From Bacillota bacterium (GTDB lineage Bacteria; Bacillota; Sulfobacillia; Fermentithermobacillales; Fermentithermobacillaceae), in contig JBMNKF010000002.1 in the NCBI GenBank assembly GCA_050952065.1, positions 230,971-294,970 on the forward strand: a DNA stretch of 64,000 bases, in the 5' to 3' direction. Numbering within the stretch: position 1 is the stretch's first letter; each line of letters starts with the position of its first letter. The translations under genes were made by a program, and so were the position numbers. The notes beneath the pieces were generated by a model. The model ran no database searches, was not told the origin of the DNA, and was given only the letters and a program-made list of their open reading frames with translations. Below are positions 1 to 12,718 of the stretch, in pieces.

Positions 1-144
1 AGAAGTTGAGGCGGGTAGTTTGAGGGTAAGCGAGATGGTCCTTGACAACTTAAGAGAGGTAATTGCGAAGAAGAGTAAAGCGCGAATTAGGATAGATTCG
101 AATTAGAGGATCGTCCCTAAGGCGGCATTGATTTAAGCCGCGAG

Positions 145-3124
<2,980 letters not shown>

Positions 3125-3225
3125 CGCTTAAATCAGTGTCGCGTTAGGAGTGAAAATGCTCCTTGGGCAAAAGCCCGCCTCTCTTAAGTAGACAAGATTC
3201 TGACACGTGACAACAGAATACAGGT

Positions 3226-3343
<118 letters not shown>

Positions 3344-3352
3344 ACTTTTGGG

Positions 3353-3388
3353 GAAGCCTCGCCAACTCGCGAGGCTTCTTTACTTTTT
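3353..3388 (+). terminator. Intrinsic terminator of the rRNA operon
   Basis: GC-rich 10-bp stem gaagcctcgc/gcgaggcttc with a 6-nt loop, followed by a T-rich run. Confidence 0.6.
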
Positions 3389-3840
3389 GACTTCACCTCC
3401 GAAAATACCAAAAACCACCTTGGAACAGGCCGTTTATTGATGCGTCTATATACTTGTAACGTCCTGAAGCGCCGAGACGCAGGCGGAGCTCGACGGTGAG
3501 AATCCAGCAACACCATCCAAAGACCTCTCAGGGTACAGGGTATTGGAGGTGTTGACAAGTCTGGGGATAACTGGGAGTTGCTGTGGATAACGTGCCACAT
3601 TTTGCGTTTTGGTGGCCTGGCGGTTGCGGCCTTCTCGCCAAGAAGCGGGAATCTTCCCGCGTCTCATTCCTGCATCTCACCGGCCATACGCCTGGAAACG
3701 GGAAAACCGGTGTCGAGGATTGGCGTCCGAAATCCAGCATGCAACCTGCAGTGGCAGACATTGTGAGTCAACTTCGGACCTATGGACGAGTATTATGTTA
3801 ACTAGAGTCTTAAAAACTCAGGATAAAGGAGAGGTATAGC

Positions 3841-4692
3841 ATGTCGAACCGAGCAGTGAGATTCGCCGCGATCATGTCTTTGATAGTGGCGATGGCCGTA
3901 CCTGTAGTCGGTTTTGCTGCCCCAGCAACCGGCAATGGTGGATTGACTCCGCAGGAAATATCGCAGCAAACGAGACACCCGTTCCAGATCTGGCCCGGAT
4001 GGGGTTACAAACCTTGGAGAGGAACCGGGCTAGACTATTCCTTGCACTATTCCGCAGAAGACAACGAGTTGGTGCTGTACGTCTTCAACAACACCAGAAG
4101 TCCCATCACTGTAACCACTCCTACCAGTCAGACGGTGGATTTTGCCTTGTGGAAGGACGGCAAGTTGGCGTGGCGAGCTTCGGCCGGCAAGAGCTACCTT
4201 CAGGCAGTCACCAACGAGACATTCAAGCCCGGTGAAGGCAGATCCTACAAAGAAACTTTGCCTTGGCTGCCCACGGGTACCTACTTCGCTCAGGCGTATT
4301 TTCTAGGAGAGACCAAATGGCATCCAGTAGCGTCTACCTACATTTGGATGCGTGCATACGAGCCGGTGCAGTACAGCATCGACTACCTAGCTCCCAACTG
4401 GTTCAACAGGACTCCTAGGCTCAGAGTCACCATTAAGAACGTTTCAGGCAAGGACATCACCCTACCTTACCAGTATGGGTACCAAATCCTAGTGAAGAAA
4501 GTGGGCGCTAGGGAGTACCTGGGCCACGTTGGCATGGGCCAATCCTTGGGCACCTTAGCCAATGGCGCAACCCGGACCGTCTTCGTGAATCTCAATAACC
4601 TTGGACCGGGAGCATATCAGGCTGATGTAAGGGCCAACACTGGAACAGGACGCTATGTCACCATGGCTTCCACCTGGTTTTCTGTTTGGTAA
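3841..4692 (+). CDS. Secreted protein with two tandem beta-sandwich domains resembling the BsuPI (intracellular proteinase inhibitor) fold
   Basis: Strong RBS aaaggagagg 8 nt before the ATG. N-terminal signal peptide MSNRAVRFAAIMSLIVAMAVPVVGFAAPATG. Two repeats share the pattern hxhxhxNxSxxxITh...DFxhW/Y, e.g. LVLYVFNNTRSPITVTTPTSQTVDFALWKDGKLAWRAS and LRVTIKNVSGKDITLPYQYGYQIL. Confidence 0.55.
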   Translation: MSNRAVRFAAIMSLIVAMAVPVVGFAAPATGNGGLTPQEISQQTRHPFQIWPGWGYKPWRGTGLDYSLHYSAEDNELVLYVFNNTRSPITVTTPTSQTVDFALWKDGKLAWRASAGKSYLQAVTNETFKPGEGRSYKETLPWLPTGTYFAQAYFLGETKWHPVASTYIWMRAYEPVQYSIDYLAPNWFNRTPRLRVTIKNVSGKDITLPYQYGYQILVKKVGAREYLGHVGMGQSLGTLANGATRTVFVNLNNLGPGAYQADVRANTGTGRYVTMASTWFSVW

Positions 4693-4964
4693 CGGAACAC
4701 GGGGCATGCGAGAAAAGCCCAAAAGTCCGGAGAAATGCAGCGCACATATAGTGCGCACACTAGAAAGGGCCGGGGCGCACGAATAGCCCTGGCCCATCAG
4801 CAATACAGATAGTCATCAGAGCCCGAACGTCTAAGCCGGAGTGTCCAACCGCGGCGGTTATCCAAGCACAGTCGTCAATGAGTTGGTACTTGCGCCTCAC
4901 TCCTGGTAATTGATATTATGCCCCAGGAGCTTGTGCTTTTTTTGACTGCAGGAGGAGATGCTTT

Positions 4965-7046
4965 ATGAAGGAGTATTCCACGGAAAATATCCGAAACGTT
5001 GCCTTTGTCTCACATAGCGGCGCCGGGAAGACGACTGTTGGCGATGCTATGCTTTACGTATCTGGCGGAAACGACAGATTCGGGAGAGTCGACGATGAGT
5101 CGTCGATTCTTGATTTTGATCCCGAAGAAATCAGAAGGAAAACCACCATTACTACGTCGGTAGCTCCCGTAGAGTGGAAAAGCAAGAAGATAAACATACT
5201 GGATACGCCCGGATACTTTGACTTTGTAGGTGAGGTTCGCTCTTCCCTCCGCATAGGCGACGGTGCTGTTATCATCATTGACGCCACAGGCGGAGTAGAG
5301 GTAGGAACCGAACTGGTGTGGCAGTATGCAGATGAATATAAGGTGCCGAGACTAATTGTGGTCAACAAGCTTGATCGAGAAAACACCGATTTTGACTCGG
5401 TCATGACCAGGATAAACGAGTCTTTTGGCGGTCACGCCATACCTTTGTATCTTCCTGTAGGCAGGCAAGGCTCCTTCAGCGGTTTAGTTGATATCATAGG
5501 TAACAAGATGTACAAGACAAACCCTGATGGGAAGTGTGCTGAGGCACAAGTCCCGGGCGATCTTCAGAGTGCAGTCGAAACCGTCAAGGAGCAGCTCAAA
5601 GAAGCTGCTTGTGACGGAGACGACGATCTAATGGAGAAATACTTAGAAGAAGGAGACCTCACCGACGAAGAGATATCGCGCGGACTGAGGCTCGCTTGTA
5701 TAGCCGGAAAAGTGTTTCCTGTGATCCCTCTATCTGCCGCGAAACTGATCGGGGTAAGCCAGCTATTGGACTCTATCGTTGAATACCTGCCTTCTCCCAA
5801 GGACGTTCCGGCCGCACAGGGCACCAAACCCGGCACCGATGAACTTGTCGTTCGGGAGGCAAGCCCGAATGATCCCTTCTCTGCACTGGTGTTTAAGACT
5901 ACTGCTGACCCCTATGTGGGGAAACTGACGCTTTTCAGGGTCTATTCGGGGAGATTCACCTCCAACGGAACGTGCCTGAACTCAACAAAGAGCAGGATCG
6001 AGAGAGTGGGCCAGCTATACAGCATCAAAGGAAAGTCTCAGGAACCTGTAGCCTCAGTCATCGCAGGAGACATAGGCGCTGTGGCCAAGCTTCAGGAAAC
6101 ATTGACCGGAGACACTCTGTGCAACGCGGACGATCCCGTTGTGTATGCGCCCATCAAGTTCCCGGCTCCTGTATATTCGGTGGCCGTCCGTCCCAAGACC
6201 AAGGGCGACGAAGACAAGATCGGGACGGGCCTCTCAAGACTAACAGAGGAAGACCCCACCATCCAGGTGGAACGGAATGCCGAGACAGGAGAGACCATTC
6301 TATCAGGATTGGGTGAAGTCCACGTAGACGTCACGACCGGAAAACTCAAGAGGAAATTCGGGGTCGACGTGGATCTGACTAGCCCCAAGATCCCGTATAG
6401 GGAGACCGTCAAAGGCTCGGCCAAGGCTGAAGGAAGACACAAGAAGCAAACCGGCGGGCGCGGCCAGTTCGGTCACGTGTGGATCGAGTTTGAGCCACTG
6501 GAAGACCAGGAATTCGAATTTGTCGACAAGATCTTCGGCGGTGCGGTCCCCAGGCAGTACATCCCGGCTGTGGAAAAAGGGTTGAGAGAAGCGATGCTTG
6601 AGGGAGTTCTGGCCGGTTACCCCGTGACCAATATCAGGGCGACTCTGTACGATGGTTCGTTCCACCCGGTGGACTCGTCGGAGATGGCTTTCAAAATAGC
6701 GGCTTCTTTGGCGTTTAAGAAGGGCTTGGCGGAAGCCCAGCCAGTCATCTTGGAGCCCATCATGAGGCTTGAGGTGATGGTTCCGGAGCAGTATATGGGA
6801 GACATAATGGGAGATCTCAGCAAAAAGCGCGGCCGTATTCTGGGGATGGAGACTAAAGGCAACATCCAGGTGATCAAGGCTACGGTGCCTCATGCCGAGG
6901 TTCAAAAATACGCTATCGACTTGAGGTCCATGACCCAGGGCCGCGGCCTCTTTACCATGGAGTTTGACCATTACGACGAGGTTCCCGAAAACATCGCCCA
7001 AGAGATCATCGAAGCCTCCAAGAGAGAGAAGGAGCAGTCCAAGTAG
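4965..7046 (+). CDS. Elongation factor G paralog (EF-G II family translational GTPase)
   Basis: 693 aa. G1 motif AFVSHSGAGKTT, DTPG and NKLD motifs. EF-G domains II-V (RGRGLFTMEFDHYDEV at the C-terminus). Distinct from the canonical fusA at 48249. Confidence 0.85.
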   Translation: MKEYSTENIRNVAFVSHSGAGKTTVGDAMLYVSGGNDRFGRVDDESSILDFDPEEIRRKTTITTSVAPVEWKSKKINILDTPGYFDFVGEVRSSLRIGDGAVIIIDATGGVEVGTELVWQYADEYKVPRLIVVNKLDRENTDFDSVMTRINESFGGHAIPLYLPVGRQGSFSGLVDIIGNKMYKTNPDGKCAEAQVPGDLQSAVETVKEQLKEAACDGDDDLMEKYLEEGDLTDEEISRGLRLACIAGKVFPVIPLSAAKLIGVSQLLDSIVEYLPSPKDVPAAQGTKPGTDELVVREASPNDPFSALVFKTTADPYVGKLTLFRVYSGRFTSNGTCLNSTKSRIERVGQLYSIKGKSQEPVASVIAGDIGAVAKLQETLTGDTLCNADDPVVYAPIKFPAPVYSVAVRPKTKGDEDKIGTGLSRLTEEDPTIQVERNAETGETILSGLGEVHVDVTTGKLKRKFGVDVDLTSPKIPYRETVKGSAKAEGRHKKQTGGRGQFGHVWIEFEPLEDQEFEFVDKIFGGAVPRQYIPAVEKGLREAMLEGVLAGYPVTNIRATLYDGSFHPVDSSEMAFKIAASLAFKKGLAEAQPVILEPIMRLEVMVPEQYMGDIMGDLSKKRGRILGMETKGNIQVIKATVPHAEVQKYAIDLRSMTQGRGLFTMEFDHYDEVPENIAQEIIEASKREKEQSK

Positions 7047-7086
7047 CATCTGTCAGCCTAATCCAAGGCGCCCATTGGACACAAGA

Positions 7087-7118
7087 CCCCTGCAACGGGT
7101 GTTGCAGGGGTTCTGCTA
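7087..7118. terminator. Bidirectional intrinsic terminator between the convergent EF-G paralog and spoIID
   Basis: Perfect 10-bp inverted repeat cccctgcaac-ggg-gttgcagggg followed by ttctgct. Confidence 0.5.
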
Positions 7119-7146
7119 TATGTGGCCCATCTCGGTGATCCAAACC

Positions 7147-8109
7147 CTATTCCCAGAGATGCCGGATTTCAACGTCTTTGTAGTAATAGTTCACAATATC
7201 TTTGGCCGACTTTCCTCGTTGGGCCAGAAGCCAAGCTCCCCACTGGGACATGCCGACTCCGTGTCCATCGCCTCGTCCTCTTACGTACACCGAGTCGCCT
7301 TCCATGCGGAATTCATCCAGCAATGTAGATTTCATCTGACGGTCTCCGATGGCCAGCCTAAATGACGGAGCAGAGAACTCCTTCCCGTTAACGATGAGGG
7401 TTTCAGCCCTTCCCGAAGGGCCTTTTCGGCCGATCCTCACCGACGTTACGTGTCCTACTTCGGTTCCCAGGGCCGCGCAAGCTCGCGACACCGCATCGTT
7501 GGTGAAAGTATAGCGCCAGGATTGCACCGGTTCTGTTTGAACGTCTCTGACCGGAGTGACGTAGGGCGTAGACTCTTTCCTGAAGTTCAGTCCCTCAACT
7601 GCGGATGCGGTCTTGCCCCCTGAAGCGGCGTGAAACCACGCCATAATCGGTTGGCCTTTGTACGTTATGACCTGACCCCGGGTGTTTCTTACCGCTTCTT
7701 TGACTCTGTCATTGACCCTAGATGCATTGTACGCTTGAAACTCCTTGGGATCCGTACTGGCCTGGGCGTTTTTCCCCGGTAGGTTACCTCCATCCAGCTT
7801 TTTCATGGTGAAGGTTCTTGCTACGATGGCCTGGGCTTCCAGTGCCTGGAGGGGCCACGTGGGTTCCATCTCGGCAGCGACAACGCCCTCAAGGTAGGTC
7901 TCCAGAGGCATCGACTTGATCTCCCCGGTTTCATGGAAGTACACCGAGACCGTGGGTTCCTCGGTGATTTTGGGCATCTGGTCTCTTCCTTGCTGACCTC
8001 TGATAACCAGCGTCAGGATGATTGCGATGATGATGCCGGGAATCCAAAGCCACTTATCATTCTTGAAAATGTCCCTTAAACCCCGAGGATTTGTTGTCAT
8101 TGCCCGCAT
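7147..8109 (-). CDS. spoIID: SpoIID/LytB-family stage II sporulation protein D (peptidoglycan lytic transglycosylase)
   Basis: N-terminal TM segment, then AQAIVARTF, ASGGKTAS and the C-terminal GRGDGHGVGMSQWGA motif typical of SpoIID/LytB. Confidence 0.85.
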   Translation of the reverse strand: MRAMTTNPRGLRDIFKNDKWLWIPGIIIAIILTLVIRGQQGRDQMPKITEEPTVSVYFHETGEIKSMPLETYLEGVVAAEMEPTWPLQALEAQAIVARTFTMKKLDGGNLPGKNAQASTDPKEFQAYNASRVNDRVKEAVRNTRGQVITYKGQPIMAWFHAASGGKTASAVEGLNFRKESTPYVTPVRDVQTEPVQSWRYTFTNDAVSRACAALGTEVGHVTSVRIGRKGPSGRAETLIVNGKEFSAPSFRLAIGDRQMKSTLLDEFRMEGDSVYVRGRGDGHGVGMSQWGAWLLAQRGKSAKDIVNYYYKDVEIRHLWE

Positions 8110-8267
8110 CTCCGTTCTGGGCGCCCGTAATGGACAGGGGCCTCATAGCGTAGTTTTCCCCCGTCTTAGTCTGCAAGAACCAAGGAGTGCCCTTGAGATG
8201 CGAAGATCCGGCATGGTAGCATCAAGGGCAGAGTAGCGTCTGGGCTCAATGGCCGGGAGGTGGTCTT

Positions 8268-9206
8268 GTGGATTGCGATGTGCTCATCGTCGGAGGCGGT
8301 CCCGCGGGTATGACGGCTGCCATTTACTTAGCGCGAGCCGGGTTCCAAACGATCTTGTTGGACCCTTCGGGTGGCGGAGGGTTGGCGAGCACTACCGACA
8401 TGATACACAACTACCCGGGATTCCCAGGAGGGGTCTCCGGGTTTGGATTGATGGAGTCCATGGCAGAACAGGCGAAGGCGTTTGGAGCCAGGATTATGTA
8501 TGGGGAAGTTCTGGATATTCGCAGAAACAATGGTTCGTTTTTCGCCCGGACTTCTAGTGGAGAATACGTCTCTAGAGCCGTGATCTATGCCGCCGGGACC
8601 ACGCCCAGGAAGCTTGGAGTGCCTGGCGAAGGGGAGCTTATGGGGAAAGGAGTCAGCTTCTGCGCGACTTGCGACGGGCCGCTCTACAAGGACAAGGTAG
8701 TTGCAGTCGTAGGCGGAGGAGACTCTGCCCTTACGGAAGCCGAGTTCCTGACCAGATTCGCCAGAAAAGTGATCCTAATACATAGACGAGACCGGTTCAG
8801 AGCGGGCCAGGCGGCAATTAAGCGCATAGAGGGCCATCCCAAGATCGATTTGATGCTGTCCAGCATAGTTACAGAGATTCGAGGAGACGGCCGATTGACA
8901 TCAGTCCTGGTCAAGAACCTAGTCTCGAACCAAATCAGGGAGATTTCGGTGGATGGGCTCTTCCTGTACATCGGTTGGGATCCCAACGTTGCGCCTATCA
9001 GGCATCTCGTCGACGTAACCGAGTCCGGGCATGTTCGCACGGGGGAAGACATGTCCACCAAGACGCCCGGGTTGTTCGTGGCCGGCGACATCAGGCACAA
9101 ACCTTTCAGGCAGGTGGCTACCGCCGTGGGTGATGGCGCCAATGCGGCGTGGTCGTCAGAACGCTTCCTCATGGAAGAGGGAGAGTACATTGCCAAACAG
9201 GGGTAA
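8268..9206 (+). CDS. trxB: Thioredoxin-disulfide reductase
   Basis: GTG start with RBS gggagg. FAD motif VLIVGGGPAGMTAAIY, redox-active CATCDG, NADPH motif VVGGGDSA. Confidence 0.85.
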   Translation: MDCDVLIVGGGPAGMTAAIYLARAGFQTILLDPSGGGGLASTTDMIHNYPGFPGGVSGFGLMESMAEQAKAFGARIMYGEVLDIRRNNGSFFARTSSGEYVSRAVIYAAGTTPRKLGVPGEGELMGKGVSFCATCDGPLYKDKVVAVVGGGDSALTEAEFLTRFARKVILIHRRDRFRAGQAAIKRIEGHPKIDLMLSSIVTEIRGDGRLTSVLVKNLVSNQIREISVDGLFLYIGWDPNVAPIRHLVDVTESGHVRTGEDMSTKTPGLFVAGDIRHKPFRQVATAVGDGANAAWSSERFLMEEGEYIAKQG

Positions 9207-9237
9207 CGTCTCGGGCGTTGTTAGGCTCTTGCCCAAA

Positions 9238-10413
9238 ATGAGGCATCGGGTGTTCTATGGGCACCCTTGGGTATTCTCCAACGAGATCGAGTCGGTGGAA
9301 GGTACCTATGAACCCGGCGATATAGTTGAAGTCCGCGACAGGCGTCAAAGATTTGTGGGCCTGGGTTTTATCAATCCCCAATCTACTATCGCCGTTCGCA
9401 TTCTGACCAGAGAACAAAGGTCTATTAATGACGAATTCTTCCGGGAACGCATTGCCATGGCAATTGGCCACCGAAAACTGATGTACGGCGTTGCGGGTTC
9501 TCTAGGGGACCATCCCGGCGGGTTCCGTCTCGCCTTCTCAGAAGCGGATTTCCTGCCGGGGTTGGTCGCGGATATCTTTGGGGGATATCTCGCATTTCAG
9601 ACGCTAACGTTGGGCATCGACCGCTGGAAAGACACTATCGTTCGAGCGCTGGTAGACCAAGTCAGCCCAAAGGGTGTCTATGAGCGAAACGATGCACCGG
9701 TAAGGAGGCTGGAGGGGCTAGGACTGCAGTCCGGGTACATCGGCGGGTCCTTTGACCCTTTGGTAGAAATGGACGAAAACGGTGTTCGGATGTTGGTCGA
9801 TGTTCAAAGAGGCCAGAAGACAGGGTACTTCCTGGACCAAACCGACAACAGGCTGGCAGTAAGACGCTTTTGTGCTGGAAAGACGGTCTTGGATGCTTTC
9901 TGCTATTCCGGGGGATTCGGGTTGTCTGCGACAAAAGCCGGCGCCCAACATGTTGTATTCCTGGATGCTTCTCAAGCTGCCCTGGATCTGGCACGAGCGA
10001 CAGCCGAGAGAAACGGAGTCTTGGAAAAGGTGTCGTTTCATGCGGGAAACGCTTTCGACCTTCTTCGGCAACTTGACGGGACCGGTGCACGTTTTGACGT
10101 TGTCATGCTGGACCCGCCCGCCTTCGCCCGGTCTCGAAAGATGGCCGAAAGAGCACTAGCGGGCTACAAGGAGATCAATTTGCGAGCCATGAGACTTGTG
10201 AAAGAGGGAGGTTTTCTCTGCACGTCCTCATGTTCTCAGCATGTGACAACCCAAGAATTTGACGGCATGCTTGCTGATGCTGCGAGCGATGCCAATAGCT
10301 CTGTTCGCATCGTGGTGAGCCAGGGCCAGAGGGCCGACCATCCGATTTTGGCGGGCGTTCCTGAGACCGAGTACCTCAAGTTCCGCGTTTGTCAAGTATT
10401 CAAGTCAATCTGA
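9238..10413 (+). CDS. rlmI: Class I SAM-dependent 23S rRNA m5C methyltransferase (RlmI/YwbD-like, PUA domain plus methyltransferase)
   Basis: First in-frame ATG after the trxB stop. PUA-like N-terminus, SAM-binding VLDAFCYSGGFGL, and DVVMLDPPAF motif. The upstream 9031 ORF extension overlaps trxB and is rejected. Confidence 0.75.
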   Translation: MRHRVFYGHPWVFSNEIESVEGTYEPGDIVEVRDRRQRFVGLGFINPQSTIAVRILTREQRSINDEFFRERIAMAIGHRKLMYGVAGSLGDHPGGFRLAFSEADFLPGLVADIFGGYLAFQTLTLGIDRWKDTIVRALVDQVSPKGVYERNDAPVRRLEGLGLQSGYIGGSFDPLVEMDENGVRMLVDVQRGQKTGYFLDQTDNRLAVRRFCAGKTVLDAFCYSGGFGLSATKAGAQHVVFLDASQAALDLARATAERNGVLEKVSFHAGNAFDLLRQLDGTGARFDVVMLDPPAFARSRKMAERALAGYKEINLRAMRLVKEGGFLCTSSCSQHVTTQEFDGMLADAASDANSSVRIVVSQGQRADHPILAGVPETEYLKFRVCQVFKSI

Positions 10414-10516
10414 TACACATCTCGCCTTTATTGCTGTCTTGCGGATGCCCACCTTGTTTCTACTCGGATTACATTGTGACAAAAGTCCCCTTAAGCAATT
10501 CCCGTCAAAACGCGTG

Positions 10517-10576
10517 TTGCATATTTGCTGCGGACGTGTATTATATAAATGAAGGTCAAGGAAAGACAAAGACAAA
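10517..10576 (+). promoter_or_regulatory. Sigma-A type promoter of the ctsR operon with an overlapping CtsR operator (heptad direct repeat)
   Basis: TTGCAT-16-TATTAT, followed immediately by aGGTCAAGgaaaGACAAAGacaaa, which resembles the CtsR box A/GGTCAAAnAnA/GGTCAAA. Confidence 0.45.
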
Positions 10577-10607
10577 CCGGCATCGGTCCAAAAGGCAGGT
10601 GACGTTC

Positions 10608-11081
10608 ATGGCAAGTTTGGCGGATCTAATCGAGGCATACATTCAACGTCTTGTGGAGGCCGGAGAAGGGGTCGCCGAGATCCAGAGGGCTCTCTTGGCG
10701 GAACGGTTCAGATGTGCTCCTTCCCAGATATCCTACGTCATTTCATCTCGGTTTTCCCCTGAGCGAGGTTACATTATAGAGTCTCGCAGGGGCGGAGGAG
10801 GGTACATCCGCCTGATTAAGGTGGAACTTGACGACGAAGACTTACAGGAGATGATCAACGACATTGGTTCGCATTTGAGCCAGAGTGAAGCCTATGATTA
10901 CCTGGAGCGTCTATACAACGAAGGCTTCATGGATGAAAAGACCTACCAAGTGATGAAGGCCGCCACTTCCAGGAAATCTCTCGCGCTGGTTCTGCCCGAC
11001 CGAGATATGATTCGCGCCAATGTGTTCAAGGCTATGCTGAACGCCTACTTCGCGACGAACCCAAGGAGTGAGGAGCCATGA
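10608..11081 (+). CDS. ctsR: Transcriptional repressor of class III stress genes CtsR
   Basis: MASLADLIEAYIQRL... HTH plus a winged glycine-rich loop (RRGGGGYIRLIK). Followed by mcsA-mcsB-clpC, as in Bacillus. Confidence 0.85.
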   Translation: MASLADLIEAYIQRLVEAGEGVAEIQRALLAERFRCAPSQISYVISSRFSPERGYIIESRRGGGGYIRLIKVELDDEDLQEMINDIGSHLSQSEAYDYLERLYNEGFMDEKTYQVMKAATSRKSLALVLPDRDMIRANVFKAMLNAYFATNPRSEEP

Positions 11082-11602
11082 TGTGTGAAGACTGCGGCAA
11101 ATCGCCGGCAATGGTGCATTTTGAGCAGATGGTGAACGGCAAAAAGATCGTCATGAATCTGTGCCGCGAATGTGCTGAGAAACGCGGGGTCCTGAGTTAC
11201 TTTCTTCAGCCGTCCTTTTCCATCAATAACCTTTTGTCTGCGCTCTTGGGATCCCAGATGAAGAGTGCAGCGATTCCCGAGGTGGCGGGCGAAGAACACA
11301 GGTGTCCCGTGTGCGGGATGGGTTACAGAGATTTTGCCAGAGCAGGAAGGCTAGGGTGTTCGCGCTGCTATGCGACTTTCCAGGATAGACTTGAGCCGCT
11401 TTTGAGGAGGATACACGGTTCGGAGAGACACGTTGGAAAAGCGCCTGCACTGGCCGGAGAAGCTGCTCAGTATAGGCGAGAACTGGAACAACTTCGGAAG
11501 GATCAGGCAGCGGCCATAGCCGCCGAGGACTACGAAAAGGCGGCCGTGCTCCGAGACAGAATCAAGGCTGTCGAAAAGAAACTCCGGGGTGACAAGTCAT
11601 GA
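11078..11602 (+). CDS. mcsA: McsA, activator of protein-arginine kinase (zinc fingers plus UVR domain)
   Basis: Four CxxC pairs (CEDCGK, CRECAEK, CPVCGM, CSRC). C-terminal UVR-like AAEDYEKAAVLRDRI. Overlaps the ctsR stop. Confidence 0.85.
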   Translation: MMCEDCGKSPAMVHFEQMVNGKKIVMNLCRECAEKRGVLSYFLQPSFSINNLLSALLGSQMKSAAIPEVAGEEHRCPVCGMGYRDFARAGRLGCSRCYATFQDRLEPLLRRIHGSERHVGKAPALAGEAAQYRRELEQLRKDQAAAIAAEDYEKAAVLRDRIKAVEKKLRGDKS

Positions 11603-12675
11603 AAGACAAGGAGAGAAGCGCTCTAGAAACAATAATCAGTAGTCCGTCCTCGCCGTGGATGGATGGTACAGGCAGTCTGGCCGATGTGGTCATCTCGTCA
11701 AGAGTGCGGCTGGCCAGAAATCTAAGGGATGTGCCATTTCCTCATCGCTTGGAAGAAACCCAGGCCAAAGAGGTACAGGCGAGGATATTTGGAGCAATCT
11801 CCGAACTCAACGCCAAAGGCACTTGGGGTGAACTCTTGATCATCGACTTGGGCTCCGTGTCACCCTTGGACAGACTGGTTCTTGTAGAGAAACACCTCAT
11901 GAGCCCGCAGCACGCCGAGCCGGGACACGGCAAGGGGCTGGCTACCAGGAGCGACGAAAAGGTCGCCATCATGGTCAATGAAGAGGATCACCTGAGGATT
12001 CAGTGTCTCTACTCTGGGCTGGAGCTTGATGAGGCTTGGATAACAGCCAGCGGGACGGATGATCTCCTGGACGAGAAGCTTGGTTTCGCCTACGACGAGA
12101 CGGCGGGCTTTCTTACAGCTTGCCCCACTAACGCCGGTACGGGGTTAAGGGCGTCGGTCATGGTACACCTTCCAGCGTTGGCCATTGGCGATGAAGTGTC
12201 CAGAGTCTTATCAGCTGTCAACAAACTCGGGCTGGTGGTGCGCGGCATATACGGCGAAGGTACCGAGGCCAAGGGAAACGTGTTCCAGATTTCAAATCAG
12301 ATAACTTTGGGCCAAACCGAAAAGGAGATAATCGAGAACCTTTCCCTTGTGGCTAAACAAGTGGTGGCCGAAGAGAAGAAGTACCGGGACAGTCTGTTGA
12401 AGACCAAGCGTTCTGAAGTAGAAGACCGCATATTCAGGGCATGGGGGATACTGACTAACGCCAGAAAGATGACTTCTTCAGAGGCCTGGCAACGGTGGTC
12501 TGACGTTAGACTCGGGATAGAACTTGACATAATGCCAGGCATAGATATCAGAACGATCAACGAGATTCTGGTTATTTCTCAGCCCAACTTTGTGCAGAAG
12601 ACAGTCGGAAAGGCTCTGGCGTCGGAAGAGAGGGACATCTTGCGCGCCGGCCTTATTCGCAAGCATTTGAGGTAA
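11599..12675 (+). CDS. mcsB: Protein-arginine kinase McsB (ATP:guanido phosphotransferase family)
   Basis: Phosphagen-kinase catalytic domain (CPTNAGTGLRASVMVHLPAL). Overlaps the mcsA stop. Confidence 0.9.
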   Translation: MKDKERSALETIISSPSSPWMDGTGSLADVVISSRVRLARNLRDVPFPHRLEETQAKEVQARIFGAISELNAKGTWGELLIIDLGSVSPLDRLVLVEKHLMSPQHAEPGHGKGLATRSDEKVAIMVNEEDHLRIQCLYSGLELDEAWITASGTDDLLDEKLGFAYDETAGFLTACPTNAGTGLRASVMVHLPALAIGDEVSRVLSAVNKLGLVVRGIYGEGTEAKGNVFQISNQITLGQTEKEIIENLSLVAKQVVAEEKKYRDSLLKTKRSEVEDRIFRAWGILTNARKMTSSEAWQRWSDVRLGIELDIMPGIDIRTINEILVISQPNFVQKTVGKALASEERDILRAGLIRKHLR

Positions 12676-12718
12676 CCAGGACACCGGAAGATTTGGAAGG
12701 TCAAGGAGGGTTCAAACT

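Noticed and set aside
6303-7049. 248-aa antisense ORF inside the EF-G paralog
   Set aside because: The sense strand has strong EF-G homology. Antisense ORFs are expected at this GC content.
8684-9196. 170-aa antisense ORF inside trxB
   Set aside because: Sense-strand TrxB motifs are unambiguous.
9031-9237. N-terminal extension of the rlmI ORF overlapping trxB
   Set aside because: It overlaps 176 nt of trxB in another frame. The first ATG after the trxB stop (9238) gives a normal RlmI N-terminus.
10389-10607. Upstream extension of the ctsR ORF
   Set aside because: The region contains the promoter and CtsR box. CtsR homology begins at MASLADLIEAY (10608).
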